This document shows positions 49,401 to 62,305 of a stretch of 64,000 nt of DNA, piece by piece. The notes below the pieces were generated by a model that saw nothing but the letters and a program-made list of their open reading frames with translations, was not told the origin of the DNA and did not search any database. Made by a program: the position numbers and the translations under genes. The stretch comes from Mobula hypostoma. Its lineage: Eukaryota. Positions within the stretch are counted from its first letter, which is position 1. The number at the start of each line of letters is the position of its first letter. Location of the stretch: contig NC_086097.1 of NCBI RefSeq assembly GCF_963921235.1, positions 160,272,001 through 160,336,000 on the forward strand. The letters run 5' to 3'.

Positions 49401-51134
49401 GTTCTCATTATTTATTGCTATTTATTTATATTTGCATTTGCACAGTTTGTTGTCTTCTATGCTGTTCTTGCTCTTTCATTGATCCTGTTATAGTTACTAT
49501 TCGATAGATTTGCTGAATAAGCCCGCAGGTAAAAGAACCTCAAGGTTGTAATTGTATGTGCTCTGAAAATATTTTTTTTTATTTTACTTTATTTACTCTA
49601 AGTATCCCTATAAAGCAGTTTAGCAGCAAACATATTCAAAGTTTCCATCTCCCCAGATGTTCTCTCTTTAATACCTTCCCATCAAGCAGGAGATGGAAAC
49701 AGCTGAAAATATGTTCCACCAGGCTCAAAGATCATTTCTATCCTGCTGTTATAAAACTATTGAACAGTTCCCGAGTACAATATTATTGACTCTACACACT
49801 GCACTTTCTTGCACCTGTAACATGTAATTTTTTATTCAGTTATTGTTTTTGCATGTACTACCTCAATGCACTGTATGGACAGGGTACAAAACAAATTTTT
49901 CACCATACCTGGGTACATGTGGCAGCAATAAACCTATTTACTAATTTACTAATTTTGACAACAAATTTCCAGACCAAAGAAACATTTTTTATGGCCTAGT
50001 TATTTCTTGCCAACCGCAAATTGTAGGGGGGAAGTACTTACACAGTAATCACACAGATGGAGTTTGGGTGGACAAGACATCCTCACCTCCCGGTTTTGGA
50101 GGGACCCAAGACATACTGACCCTAGATGTACGGAGACTGAAAAAGGTGGTTTTCTCATCGCTGAATCCAGTGGCTGTTAGTGGGGAGCAGATGAACCACA
50201 TCTCTAGAGATAGCCGGTAAAGAGGGGTTTCAAAAGTAAAGAGGAGTCTTGCATTTAGATACACCATTTTGTTCTCATGTAAGGAATACAAGAGCGTTTT
50301 TAGCCAATGACATTATTTTAAACTGCGGTTGTTTTTAAGTAGTAAATGCAACAACCAATCTGTGTAACATCATTAGCAAAGTAATAATGACCAGTAATCT
50401 GTTTGAGGAATATTTGAGGTGAAGTTTCTCTTCCTACTGCTCTGACAGTTTCCTCAGTATGATTCACTGCTTGTATACTTATGCAGCCCAATTTGTTAGG
50501 CCAAGCACCTAATCTCCAATTTGAAGAGCTACTTTATCTTCTGCATGCTCTGCCTACCACTAATGTATGTGCACAGAACCGGTAAATTTATTTTGATAAG
50601 TTAATACAAACATGCTAAAATATTATGAGCACTATTCTTGATTGAAATTCACATCCAGAACAGAATAAAAACCACTCCATGCCATTCAATTTTTTAAGTT
50701 CTAATTCACTGAAGTATTGATGTATTTTGACTATTTTATCACCTTAAAGCTTTGTACTATTACTATTGATTCCTCTCCCACCAACATTTCAGGGTGAATA
50801 TAGAAAGCCCTATTAAAGTACAATGCAAAAAGGAACATTTTCCTCAATCCCTTCAGGTTCTGACATAAATCCATGACAGCTCTCTGGTTGCCAAAGCTTC
50901 CTCTCCATCATGGTTAGTGCTCTCAAGTGGAAAATTCTTTTGGAATCTACCTGTGATTAACTGGGCAATTTCATCTGTGGTAAGCCTAGAGTTTCCATAG
51001 CATCTCCTGATTGTTCTTGGCAATATGACTGCTTGGTATGCATGGAGTTCAACTAGTACTGAAAGACTTGTTGTGCCACATCTACATTTCTGTGCACTTT
51101 TCAGGCATTGTAGATGCTGATACAAAACTTAGAC

Positions 51135-51520
51135 GATAGGACCATAAGACATATGAGTAGAATTAGACCATTTGGCCCATCGAGTCTGCTCCATATTCAA
51201 TCGTGGATGATCCTTTTATTTCCCCTCTTCTGCCCCACAGCCCAGAATTCTCCCTGTAACCCTTGATGCTGTGACCAATCAAGAACCTATTAAGCTCTGC
51301 CTTAAATATACCCAGCCACCTGGACTCCACAGCTGCCCGTGGTAACAAATCCCACAAATTTACCACCCTCTGGCTAAAGAAATTTCTCCACATCTCTGAT
51401 TTAAATGAATGCCCCTCTATCGTGAGGCTGTGCACTCTTGTCCTGGATGCCCCCACCCTGGGAAACATCCTTTCCACATCTACTCTGTCTAGGCCTTTAA
51501 GTATTCAAAAGGTTTCAATG
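51135..51520 (-). mobile_element. CR1 3'-end fragment
   Basis: Minus ORF 51163-51477 (NFFSQRVVNLWDLLP). Confidence 0.85.
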
Positions 51521-51624
51521 ACTTGTCCCTCCCAATAAGTTTAAGTGAGGAAAGTATGTCTTCCTCTATATGATCTCTTCTGTATGCTGAAAGGTAATAT
51601 GTGCAAGAGTGCATTTCAGATGTA

Positions 51625-51940
51625 TAGCACAGGAGGTAGATCTGCTGCCTCAGAACTCCAGGGAGCCAGCTTCGATCCTGACCTCAAATGTTGTCGGAAT
51701 GGAATTTACCTATTCTCCCTGTGACTGTCTTGGTTTCCTCCAGATGCTCCAGTATCCTCCCACATTGCAATGACATGCAAGTTGGTAGATTGATCAGCCA
51801 CTGTAAATTTACCCCTGAGTAGTAGAATCTGTGAAGAATTACTGTAAATATGAGGAGAATGTAAAAGATATGGGATTAATGTACATTGGTGATTGATGGT
51901 TGGTGTACACTTAATGGACTCTTTCCATGCTGTATCTCTC
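51625..51940 (+). mobile_element. V-SINE (older subfamily)
   Basis: gctgcctca..ttcgatcctgacctc head; V-domain ggtttcctccagatgctccagtatcctcccaca; tail tgctgtatctct. Confidence 0.75.
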
Positions 51941-53369
51941 GTTCACCCCATGATATCATGGCCAGAGTCTATTTAATAGATAAATGGAAAATTCAGGCAC
52001 TTCTGTATGAATTGTAACAGGATACCTTGTCTTATAATCAGCAATATCTTTTTTCTGTTGCTTATTGAAGAAAAGTGCATCACAATTCTTCCACTGCCAC
52101 CTTGCAATTTAGTTTTGATCTGTTTCAATGCGAATGCTTCAATTGTTAATATATTTGGCCACATAGATGATGGAGAGATATTTATTTATATTCATTGTTC
52201 TCATTGCTATTCAAACATGGTAAGACTGCAGCTCCTGCTTTCCCGGTGAGCTGAGCCTTCATTTACTGCCTCAGGGGATTCTGGTGCAAATGCATGTCGA
52301 TTTGACCTTACTAAATTTGGTATGTTGAGGCCAATTGCAAGGTGCAGCATATGCTTCCCACCTCCCAGCAATGACACACATAGAATCTCATTCATGGCTC
52401 TAATTTGAAGGGACAGGTCAGCAACAGCTGGCTCAACTGGCAAAGGGTTACAGGCTGCATCAAAGCTGAAACTCAGTTTCATTGTCACGGTGACAGGGAA
52501 CTAAGTGCTAGCTGTGCTTCCTCAGGGAAAAGCAGAATATAATTCCCAAATACGGCTCTCAAAACCACAGTTCTCTGCTTGGTTCTATCATCTTTCTGTC
52601 AGCATATAAAAATGTTTTTAAAAAACTCATGTGAAGACTCTGAAGAATTTGGAGAAGTCTTAATCTGTAAATATAAATTGCAAAACAAAAGTTTGAAGAC
52701 CATGGATTGATTACCAACAAGAGTATATTCAAGACAGAGATTGATCATTCAATGTTCACGGAGTTGCCAAGTGGATAAAAGACAATAATTTTTTGGATAT
52801 TAAGGAAATCGAATATGGGATTAGGTCTAGAAAGTGTTGCCAAGGTAAAACATCAGCCATGATTTTATTGAATGAAGGTGAAGGCATGATGAGTCAAATG
52901 GGCTCCTTTTGTTTCTCTTATGTTCTTGTGTTTGTATGTCTGAAGCAGTTTAGCTCTGTGTGAATCTCTTGTGTTAATCACTAGAGATCTTGGAGCTAGT
53001 GATAAATTGGTCATCTGCTCTGACATAATGGATTCATGACTTATGATGGACTGAAAGGAACTGAGAAATATTACAAGAGCATACTGTAAATGTAGTGATC
53101 AAGAAATATGTTTTGCTTTGATTCTATTGTAAAGCCACAAATGTCCCATCAAATAATATTTCAAACTTTTATGGCTGAATGCCTTTATCATGCAGATTGA
53201 TGCTTTAGATTTTCAAGATACTAGCTGTAAAAGTGGCTTTGCAGTGAGAATGAAATGGCAAGCAGGTAGGTCCAGAAAACATAAACTGAAAAATATATTA
53301 ATGCAAAATTAAAACTTCTTGCCCTTTGTTACCCTAAAGGCCTCCACCTCATCGATTTTGAAGATAGTG

Positions 53370-54005
53370 AAGGTAATACTCATGCTTCATAAATCAAAGT
53401 ATTGAGTACAGGAGATAGAATGTTATGTTGAAATTGTATAAGACATTGGTGAGGGCCCATTTTGGAGTATTGTTATAAGTTTTGGTGATTGAGCTACAGG
53501 AGATATGTTAATAAGGTTGAAAGAATAAAGAGAAAATTTACAAGGGTGGAAATCCTCTGGAGGACCTGCGTCATATGGAAAGATTGAATAGGTTTATTCC
53601 TTGGAACATTGAAGATTGAGAGGAGATTTGATAGAGGTGTCCAAAATTATGAGGGGTATGGATAGGGTAAATGCAAGCGGGCTTTTTCCACTGATGTTGG
53701 TTTGGTTAAAATTAGAGGTCATGGGTTCAGGGTGAAAAGTGATTAGTTTAAGGGAACATGAGGGAAAAGTTCTTCACTCAGTTGGTCACGAGTGTGTGAA
53801 ACAAGCTGCCAGCACAAGTGGTGCATGCAAGCTTGATTTCAATGTTTAAGAGGTTTGGAGTTTTGGATGGGAACATGGATGGCAACAGTATGGAGGGCTA
53901 TGGTCTGGGTGCAGGTCGATAGGAGTAGGCAGTTTAAATAGTTTGGCACAGACTGGATGGGCCAAAGGGCCTGTTTCTGTATTGTACTTTTGAATGACTT
54001 CATGG
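53370..54005 (+). mobile_element. Degraded CR1 3' fragment
   Basis: Encodes LKLYKTLVR..LEY and RLRGDLIEV..KIMRG; CR1 3' UTR gggccaaagggcctgtttctgt. Confidence 0.8.
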
Positions 54006-55144
54006 CACATGGTCTGTAAAGGTAAATTAGAAGGTGAAATAAATGGGCAGGAGATGGAGCATAATGTGAAGTTACATAGAAACAGTGACAATGAAACATA
54101 GAAGAGGGAGTAAGCTATTCAACCTTTTGATTAAACAGCAAACTAAAAATTGGTAAATTATTGTCAGATATAATGTAAAAATTTGCTGGCCTCGCATCCA
54201 TACAGATCAGTGTATTCAGGTAGTACAAGGGAAATCAATAAGAAAATGCAGACGAATGTGTTGTAGTTATAATGAAAGTGCAGTGCAGGCAGGCAATAAG
54301 ATGCAAGGTCACAAAAAGATAGATTTTGAGACCAGGTATCTATCATACTAGGGGACCATTCAATATTCTTATTACAGAGGTACGTGCTGGCAGGTTTTTT
54401 TTTAATCTTCTGCTTGTTGGGAGGGAGGAGATGGGAGAATGTCTGGGGTAGGTGGGGTCTTCAATTATGTTAACTGCTTTATCATGGCAGTAAGAGCCTG
54501 CCTTCATGATGTGCTGAGTTGTGTCCACAACTCTCAGTGGTTACTTGTGATCAATTGTATGTCTATATACATGTAATTGCTCAGTGAATTTTCCGCTAGC
54601 TGTGTTACAGTTGCTTCTGTACATTTTTAGGAATTTCTTACACTCTACAGAAAACTATCACACTACTTTGATCTGTATATTTTATAGGTTAATTCTATCA
54701 GTGGAATTTTGTTATTTCTAGTGTGAGTATGAGACAGCCATGATTGCTTTCTCCTTTTTCTTTTCTTTGTTCTTTAGCTCTCTCTTGTCTGTTTTTATCT
54801 CTTGTCTGTTTTTCATTCTTGTAATGTTTGATAAATCGGCCATAATCAACAAGCCTCATTCTTGGCTTCCGAAGAATCTTTGCATTACAAGAGCCAGATG
54901 AGGTTCTGTTGCTCAGGCTTGTGTTGTGTTGGGCCTTGCTATAACAGTGCAGAACAGCACAGAAATCTCTGAGTGGAAGTAGGAGGGTGAACTACAGTGA
55001 TGGGAGACCAGAAGCTCAGTCATTCTGTGGACGGAAAGGTGATCCCGTTTGGAGCATCTGCAGCACATGTTTGGCTTCTACAGAGTAGAGGAAACCACAC
55101 TGGTGTATGATATGAATAGCTGGGATCTAGCAGTAATCCCTGCA

Positions 55145-55350
55145 GTCTTCTTCATCCTTTAAAATCGAGGATGATGTTCTTTCCTTTCTGGTGTTGTGGG
55201 TTCTGAGGTGACTGATGGACAGATTTTGGAACAAGCTCTGACACAGATTGGGCTGAAGGATCCTGACAAGACCAGTGGGTGTGTAGGTTGTGAGGCGGTG
55301 CACTCGTTTTGCTAATAACGCAGGGCTTCTGTGTGCTTTTGATGTCAAGA
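55145..55350 (-). mobile_element. RTE-clade LINE 3'-end fragment
   Basis: Minus translation ends ..SISHLRTH (RTE C-terminal motif), followed by a short UTR and a GAA-type tail. Confidence 0.55.
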
Positions 55351-56863
55351 ATGCTATAAATTTACTAAAAGTGAATGAAATGCAGTATCTCATTATTAGT
55401 TTAATAAAAATAAATCCTGAATACATTAATGTGTAGGAAGTACATGGCAGTTTCACCAAAAATCTAAGGCGAAAGAGAAGTAAATATATCTATTATGCAT
55501 GGGAACCTGATGTTGCAGAAAGCTTATCAAAATGTGAAAGGAGGATGTAACCAGCTTGGGCCGATGTCATGCCATCTGGCAGCTGTCCACCGCATCAGAG
55601 CTACTTATCCTCTAAGAATCACTTAATCATTCTTAAGTGATCTTTGGCAATGAGAATCTGCACCATCAAGTTATCACAAATGTTTCTACTACAAAAAGGA
55701 AAAGTCTTATTCAAAACCAGGGCATTTGGGATTATGCAAACTTATCTACAGGACAGCCTTTACCCATATATCGCCACATTCACTGCCAAAGAGAAAATAA
55801 TTCAAAATTCACAACAAAGAATTAGATGTGAAACCTTGAAATTATAGGTAATAATGCTGACACCAGATCAATACTTGACTGCAGTTGTTCATTTGCTTTT
55901 TATGAGCATAAATTCATATTCCTTACACTCACCATCCCTTGATATTGGTCTGAAAAAAATTCATGCCAGAGCAATGCCATCTCCGTTTGACAGCAAAATC
56001 CATTTGTGTTTTATTTGAGAAGGGGACTCCCAAATCCACAAGTAATTATTTTCACATTGCCTGCAGTCTCAAGCTTTTCGATAGCTTATCATTTCATTGA
56101 ATGAAAACTGCAATGCATTTTGAAATGTAAAGAACCTTGAACAAAAAGCACTCTGGAAACTGACAAACTCCCACTACAATCTTTCTGGAACTGTGCCCAC
56201 CAGGATGCTCAGCTGCCAGTCCCCAGAACACTTTCCAAATTTGGGAGAGAAAAAGAAATGAAGTCTTGAATTTATGAAGCATGCCTTACAAATATCCATA
56301 AATAGTTTACAGGCAGTGAAATACATTTAAAATGTATTTATCAAAACATACAGCATAAAAAAACAGGCCTTGTGGCCCTCTTCTTCCATGCCAAATATTA
56401 TTCATTTACCAGCATTTGATCCATAGCTTTCTATATTTTGGCAGTTCAAGTGCTTGTCAAGTTATTTTAATATTGTGATTCCCTTCAAATCCTCCCACAC
56501 TGGGCATTAAAGCCTAAGTCATTTAGTCTTAGACACCTCAGCTGGGGGAGAAGTTTTTCTCTATCCACCCTATCCTATACTCTCACTATATTGCACACTT
56601 CAATCAAGTTCCCTCTCATCCACTTCCTTCCTGTCTCTCCTCATAACTGAAATACACCACTCCAGGCAACAATGCACACAAAATGCTGGGGGAACTCAGC
56701 AAGTCAGACTTTAACAGGGGACGGTTGCCAGGTTGGGTTGAACAGAGTAGTTATGGCAGAGATCAGAATCTTTCACCTTTGACCAGTGACTGATCGGGAG
56801 ATCATTAGCTTGAGAGGAGAGAATTTCACTCAGGCTCGCTGACCGAGTAGAAAAAGGAGATTA

Positions 56864-56885
56864 TGTTATTATGTGTGCACATAAT

Positions 56886-56952
<67 letters not shown>

Positions 56953-59387
56953 ACACTCACTCACTCACACTCTTGGGGGGTTGAAGGTCTGGAGTAATAT
57001 GTGGTCGAGCCGAAGCCATTCTGTAAATAAAATAGTTGTAGCATTTTTACTCATGCAAGTTTGTCTTTGTTAAAGAACAAACATAGCATGGTGTCAGAAG
57101 TCAGCCTGAGCTCTAAATAGAAAGCATAACTGAATGCCATGAGTGATTAAGAAAGAGACACTAGATTCTGATGGAGAGCAGCGGCCAGCAAGAGAGCACA
57201 CTGTTTCAAAGTTCACCAAGAAATTGAGGTGAGAGCCTAAAAATCACCTCAGTGGATAACCTAAGTCCACCTGTAGCTATGCAGTTTACTGGTAATCTAG
57301 CTGATAATTGGAAACATTTCAAACAGCAATTTGATATTTAGCGGCAAGCAGAGCCAGCAGGGTGGAGGAAAAATTGAAAGCGCCTATCTGTCTACTCATA
57401 ATTGGTAAAGATGTTTTGGACATCTATATCAGCTTTCAAATTGATGAATTTGAAAGACTTGTCATTGGACACTTTGAGAAAAATTGAGGAGTATTTTGCC
57501 CCAAGTAAAAACGTCATGGCTGAAAGATATCAAGTTCTTTTCCTGTGACCAGAAACAAGGTATTAGCTTTGACCAATACTTAGCTGAGCTTTACACATTG
57601 AGTAAGTCCTGTGAGTTTGGACACTTGAGAGACTCTCTAGTTAAAGATTGAATAATCTGCAGAATTCCAGATAATGGACTTGGAAAAAGCATGCTCCATG
57701 AAAAAGATTTGACACTGGAAAAGGCTGTGCATATATGTAGGGCAGTGGAGACCACACGAGCACAAGCTAAGGTGCTGCACATGGCTGGCACAACAGAGCA
57801 TGCTGGGGAAACAGAGAGGTAGAGCACCACATAGAAAAGAGGTAGGCTGAAACAGTAAATGCAGCAAATGTGGAGGTAGGCACATCCCAAGGAAGTGTCC
57901 TGCATTAATTGTGGGAAGAGGAATCATTTTGCATAGTGCTGTAAAGCTACCAAGAGAAAGATTCAGACAGTTGCTGAGGAAATAGAGGAAGTCTTTCTAC
58001 ATTCTTTACAGACTCCTGGTGCTGGTAAAACATAATGAATCATTCCAGTGACTATGAATGAAACAGTAATTCTATTCAAACTTGGCATCGGAGCCCAGGT
58101 GAATCTATTGTCCATCAATGATTACACAACTCTCAAAGTAAAGAGCAAGATGAACCCAGTGAAGTTAAAAGTGACTGGCCATACTGGAGAGAACCTTCCA
58201 GTAAATAGAAGCTGTATAGTAACCTACAAAAACAAGAGGCAGCACCTAAAGGCTCAGCTACTGGTTGTAGAAAAGAGAGTTCAGCCAATATTAGGTCTGA
58301 GTGCATGTGAAAAGCTCAACTTGTTGAAAAAAGTTTTCATAGTCGTTTCACAGAACAAAGGTGATCAGGCAACACTCACTAAAGAGTACACAGATGTCTT
58401 TGAGGGGCTCAGATGCTTATCTGATATAACTCGAGAAACTTGTAACAGCATTCATAGAGAGGCTATGCGAGAAGCACAAGAACTCTACCTTCCATAGACA
58501 TCCGTACCAGCTACACAAGCATGACAGTCAGGATGCTAGTGCTAAAAAAAATGACCAGGATGCAGAAGTTGCCACTCTTGCTTCCACATCATGTAGACTG
58601 GAAATCAAAAATATCTCCATGATCATCTCTGAAGTTGAAGAGGAAAAATGAAAAGGAACATTGGGAGACCACACAGACCCAAAGATCAAAACAATAGCAA
58701 CAATTCATACAAACTAACAGAAGGAGTTACCATCTATGATACACAGCCAACAGAAGGAGTTCTATGACTCAGACACAGTTGGAACTTGTGCAAAGACTTA
58801 CTGATCACACAGATGTAGTCCAGGGCTCCATTATGAAGCACGTGGAGTGAATAATGACTACATAGCAAGAACAAGTACAGAGACAAACAGATAGGATCTT
58901 GGCAGAAGGATGTGAAAGAAATGAACACATAGATCAGTGTTCTCAAAAAGACAGCAAGTAAAAGCAAGACATTTGTGGAAATAAATGACAGTCCAAAGAG
59001 GATCATTAAGTCATGACAGAGATCAATTGAGAGTGGCTGGGTGAATGTCGATTTGTCTTTGTTTATTGCAATTTACGTTAACGTAAATATCTTTGCTGGA
59101 AAGCATTAATGTGTCTTGCAGGTTTATGAGGACTGCTACTACACTCATTTTCTTTAAAGGGGGAAGATGTGTTATGACATACGTACATAATAAAGAACTT
59201 CAGTTTCCAGTGTGCAATGTGGGCAGTTCACTCAGCACTAGAAGTGGCGTTGGTAGACAGGATATGCACATGCTCTTAGTCTGGAGTAAAATGTGGTCGA
59301 GCCAAAGTTGTTCTGTAAATCTGTAAATAGAATAGTTCTAGCATTTTACCCATGCAAGTTTGTCTTTGTTAAAGAGCAAACATAACA
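56864..59387 (+). mobile_element. Internally deleted Gypsy LTR retrotransposon (~2.5 kb) with both LTRs, PBS and PPT
   Basis: 5' LTR 56864-57088 and 3' LTR 59170-59387 share their ends (gtctggagtaa..catgcaagtttgtctttgttaaag..cata(g/a)ca); PBS TGGTGTCAGAAGT at 57089-57101 (tRNA-Leu type); PPT AAAGGGGGAAGA; gag remnant TGNLADNWKHFKQQF, knuckle CSKCGGRH..CPA, protease-like FKLGIGAQVNLL (ORF 58048-58497). No clean TSD. Confidence 0.9.
56891..56972. repeat. (CA)n microsatellite with CACT variants, inside the 5' LTR
   Basis: Directly visible. Confidence 0.98.
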
Positions 59388-60927
59388 GAGATCAGAAGCA
59401 TGAGAGGAGGTAATCTCACTCAGGCTCACTAAAAAAGAATAAGAAGGCAGCAACTCACAGAAGTTTTTTGATGCTCTGACCAGTGACCAATTGGCATTTG
59501 GGATTGATTAGGATTAACAGGAACAAATGGAAGGAAGGCTGGGGCAAGCACAGCGGCCATGATTGGAGCGGACAGAGTTAGAATGGTGATTTTGAGGCTT
59601 CAGTCAGAGAAAGGAAAAAAAAAGAAAAGTTATTGGTAGAAAATTTTCCCCCTTCTTTCTGTACATTTGCTCGACTCAGATTCACAATGCTTCAATTCAT
59701 GGAAAGCTACTTTTGCTTCTGGAGTTCAGCAAAATGGCCGGAGGTTCCATTAATCAGAGCAATGGAGAGTGCTGCAATGGAGCTGAAGATACAGAAGAAT
59801 CTCTGGTAAAGATTAGTGAATCCCAAAAAGTGCTGGAGATGTTTAATCATGATGGGTTGTAGCCAATCCCTGATGGCCTGGGTCTTGCTAGGAGATTCCC
59901 TTTAGAAACAGTAAACCTGAGGAAGGAGACTATGGAGATGTGGAACTCACTGTTCTCTGGAGTTAACAAATAACTGATTCCGGAGTAAACATTGAAGGAC
60001 CTGTCAAACTTGTTGGACATGTTAGTGGTAGGTCTTGGAGAAGGTAAGTATATCATTCAGGTATACAAAGACAAATTGAAATAGCATCTGCCCGAGAATG
60101 TAATTGATAAAGACCTGGAAGATCATTGGGTTGTTGACTAGTCCGAAAGGCATCACAAGATATTCGTAGTAGCCAGTGGGGATGTTAAAAACATTCTTCC
60201 TTTCATCATCCGCACACATGAGGACCAAGTTGTATGCATTTTTGAGGTCCAGTTTAGTAAAGATGATTGCCCTTTGCAGTAACTCAAAAGCTGTGGTCAA
60301 CAGTGGCAAGGAATCACAGTTCTTCATGGTGATCTTATTGAGGACTCGATAAATTATACATGGTTGGTCCACCATTCTTTTTTGCCATGAAGGAGAATCC
60401 TGCACCAGCAGGGAATGTGGAGGGGCAGATGAAACCAGTCACTAGGGCATCACAGGCGTAGTCCTATTGCCACCCTCCCAAAAGCTGACAGAGAGAAGAG
60501 TCTTCCTTACAGCAGGCAGGTTCCAGGCAGCAATTCAATTGTGCAGTCATAGGTTCAATGAAGGGGAGTGTTGTGTTCCTTTTCTTACTAAAATCCTCTA
60601 GAATAGTGGTCGCCAACCCGTCGATCGCAATCGACCGGTCGATCTTTGAGACTTTCCCAGTAGATCCCGGAAAAAAAAAACTCAAAATAAATACACAAAT
60701 ACTTTTGTATTGTGAGCATTATAAAAATAAGTAATACTAATTTGGATAATGGTAATATAGCAATGCTTTCACTACAAAGCTGTTTGTAAAGAGAGATTGT
60801 TTCCGGATTGCAGGGTTTTAGTTCCGTTCTTTCTGCCCAGTGCGCATGTGTGTAGCACCCCCGCCATGCATCGCGGTTTCAGCGTACCTTGCGCTGCATC
60901 AAAGTGACCGATGAGATTAGATAAGAG

Positions 60928-61277
60928 CAGTGGTCCCCAACCTCTGGGCCACGGACTGATACCTATCTGCAAAGAATGCAGGGGTGCAACGGTAGTGGGA
61001 ATGCAGCCAGCACATCTTTAAGAAAAAGGCTGAAATAAACAAGCTAATTAATTAGGTGCCGCCTGGCACGTAAATGTCGGCCAAGATCAGAGGCGATTGC
61101 CGACTGTGTCACCTTTGATCTGGGCCAACATTTACGTGCCAGGCGGCACCTACTTAATTAGCTTGTTTATTTCGGCTTTTTTCTTAAAGATGTGCTGGCT
61201 GCGTTCCGACTACCGCTGCACCGCTGCATTCTTTGCGGCAATGTATCGGTCTGCGGCCCGGAGGTTGGGGACCACTG
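60928..61277. mobile_element. 350-bp palindromic hAT-type MITE nested inside the hAT
   Basis: Perfect TIR CAGTGGTCCCCAACCTC / GAGGTTGGGGACCACTG; arms complementary along nearly the whole length around a centre at ~61100; flanks GATAAGAG / GATAATAT (6/8). Confidence 0.92.
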
Positions 61278-61303
61278 GATAATATACGGCACTCGCTCAT
61301 GAT

Positions 61304-62305
61304 ATGCTGATAGCTTGGCGGAGGCTCCATGAAAGAAGGTGAAAATGTACAAATTCCATCCACAATGGGGAGAGGAATTTCTACTTACCTTGGTGAAAGA
61401 CAAGTGTGTATGCATGTTGTGCCACCAAACAAACACTGACTAAAAGAGGGATTCTGGCGAGGCACCACAACACCAACCACCAGAAATTTAAAGATGCCTA
61501 CCCCTCAAAGAGCTCAATTCGTGCCAGGAAAGTTGAGGAGCTGAAATCGGGGTTGAAGGCCCTATTTTCACAAAACATGCTGTTCAAAATAAGGCTGCTA
61601 TTGGAGCATCATTTCGTGTAAGTCACCTTTTGGCTAAACACAATAAGCCTTTTACAGACGGCCATTTATTCAAGGAGGCAATGCCTATTACCGCAGAGAC
61701 TGTTTTTAATGACTTTAAAAACAAAAAGGACATCTCAACTGCAATACATAATATACCGCTTGGCCCTGCAACAGTGACAAGGAGGGTAGAGTCACTGTCC
61801 GAGGACGTGGATGGACAAGTGTTAAAGGACTTGTCACTCTGTGAATATTTTTCACTACAGTTTGATGAATCCCTGGATGTAATGCAAACAGCTTAGCTTG
61901 TTGTATTAGACAGAATGGCCTTCCAGGATTTTGCAACAAAGGAGGACTTCCTCACTCTTTTGCAATTAAAGGAAAGAACGAGAGGTGAGGCTATTTACAA
62001 TGAGTTTAAAAAAATATGTCCGTGAAAATGACATCCCCATTCATAAACTGGTGGCAATTACTATTGATGGGGCCCCAGCAATGCACTGTGTACGCATTGG
62101 TTTTATAGCACTAAAAGTCAGTGCCTACTTCGGGTCAACTTATCTATGTGAAATTGCATTTTCACAGATGAAAATTATTAAATCTAAGTACAGGAGCTGT
62201 CTTACTGACAAACACCTCACAGACTGTCTCAGACTGGCTATCTGTAGCTATGAGACAAATTTCAGGGAACTAGCAGAAAGTATTCAGCCCCAGTCATCAC
62301 ACTGA
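61304..62305 (+). pseudogene. hAT transposase pseudogene (GTF2IRD2/ZBED-like family) with a large internal deletion
   Basis: ORF pieces 61406-61621, 61630-61896 and 61985-62305, with frameshifts and stops. Confidence 0.88.

Noticed and set aside
50858..50979. Plus-strand exon-like unit (cccttcag|GTT ... GTG|gtaagc)
   Set aside because: Stops occur in all three frames near the start and there is no independent support.
55566..55590. CTCF-like motif (GCTGCCAGATGGCA on minus)
   Set aside because: Only a partial match to the consensus; not supportable without PWM scoring or ChIP data.
61304..62305. Host gene GTF2IRD2, ZBED or EPM2AIP1-like
   Set aside because: It is bounded by TIRs and an 8-bp TSD, frameshifted and internally deleted, so it is a transposon copy.
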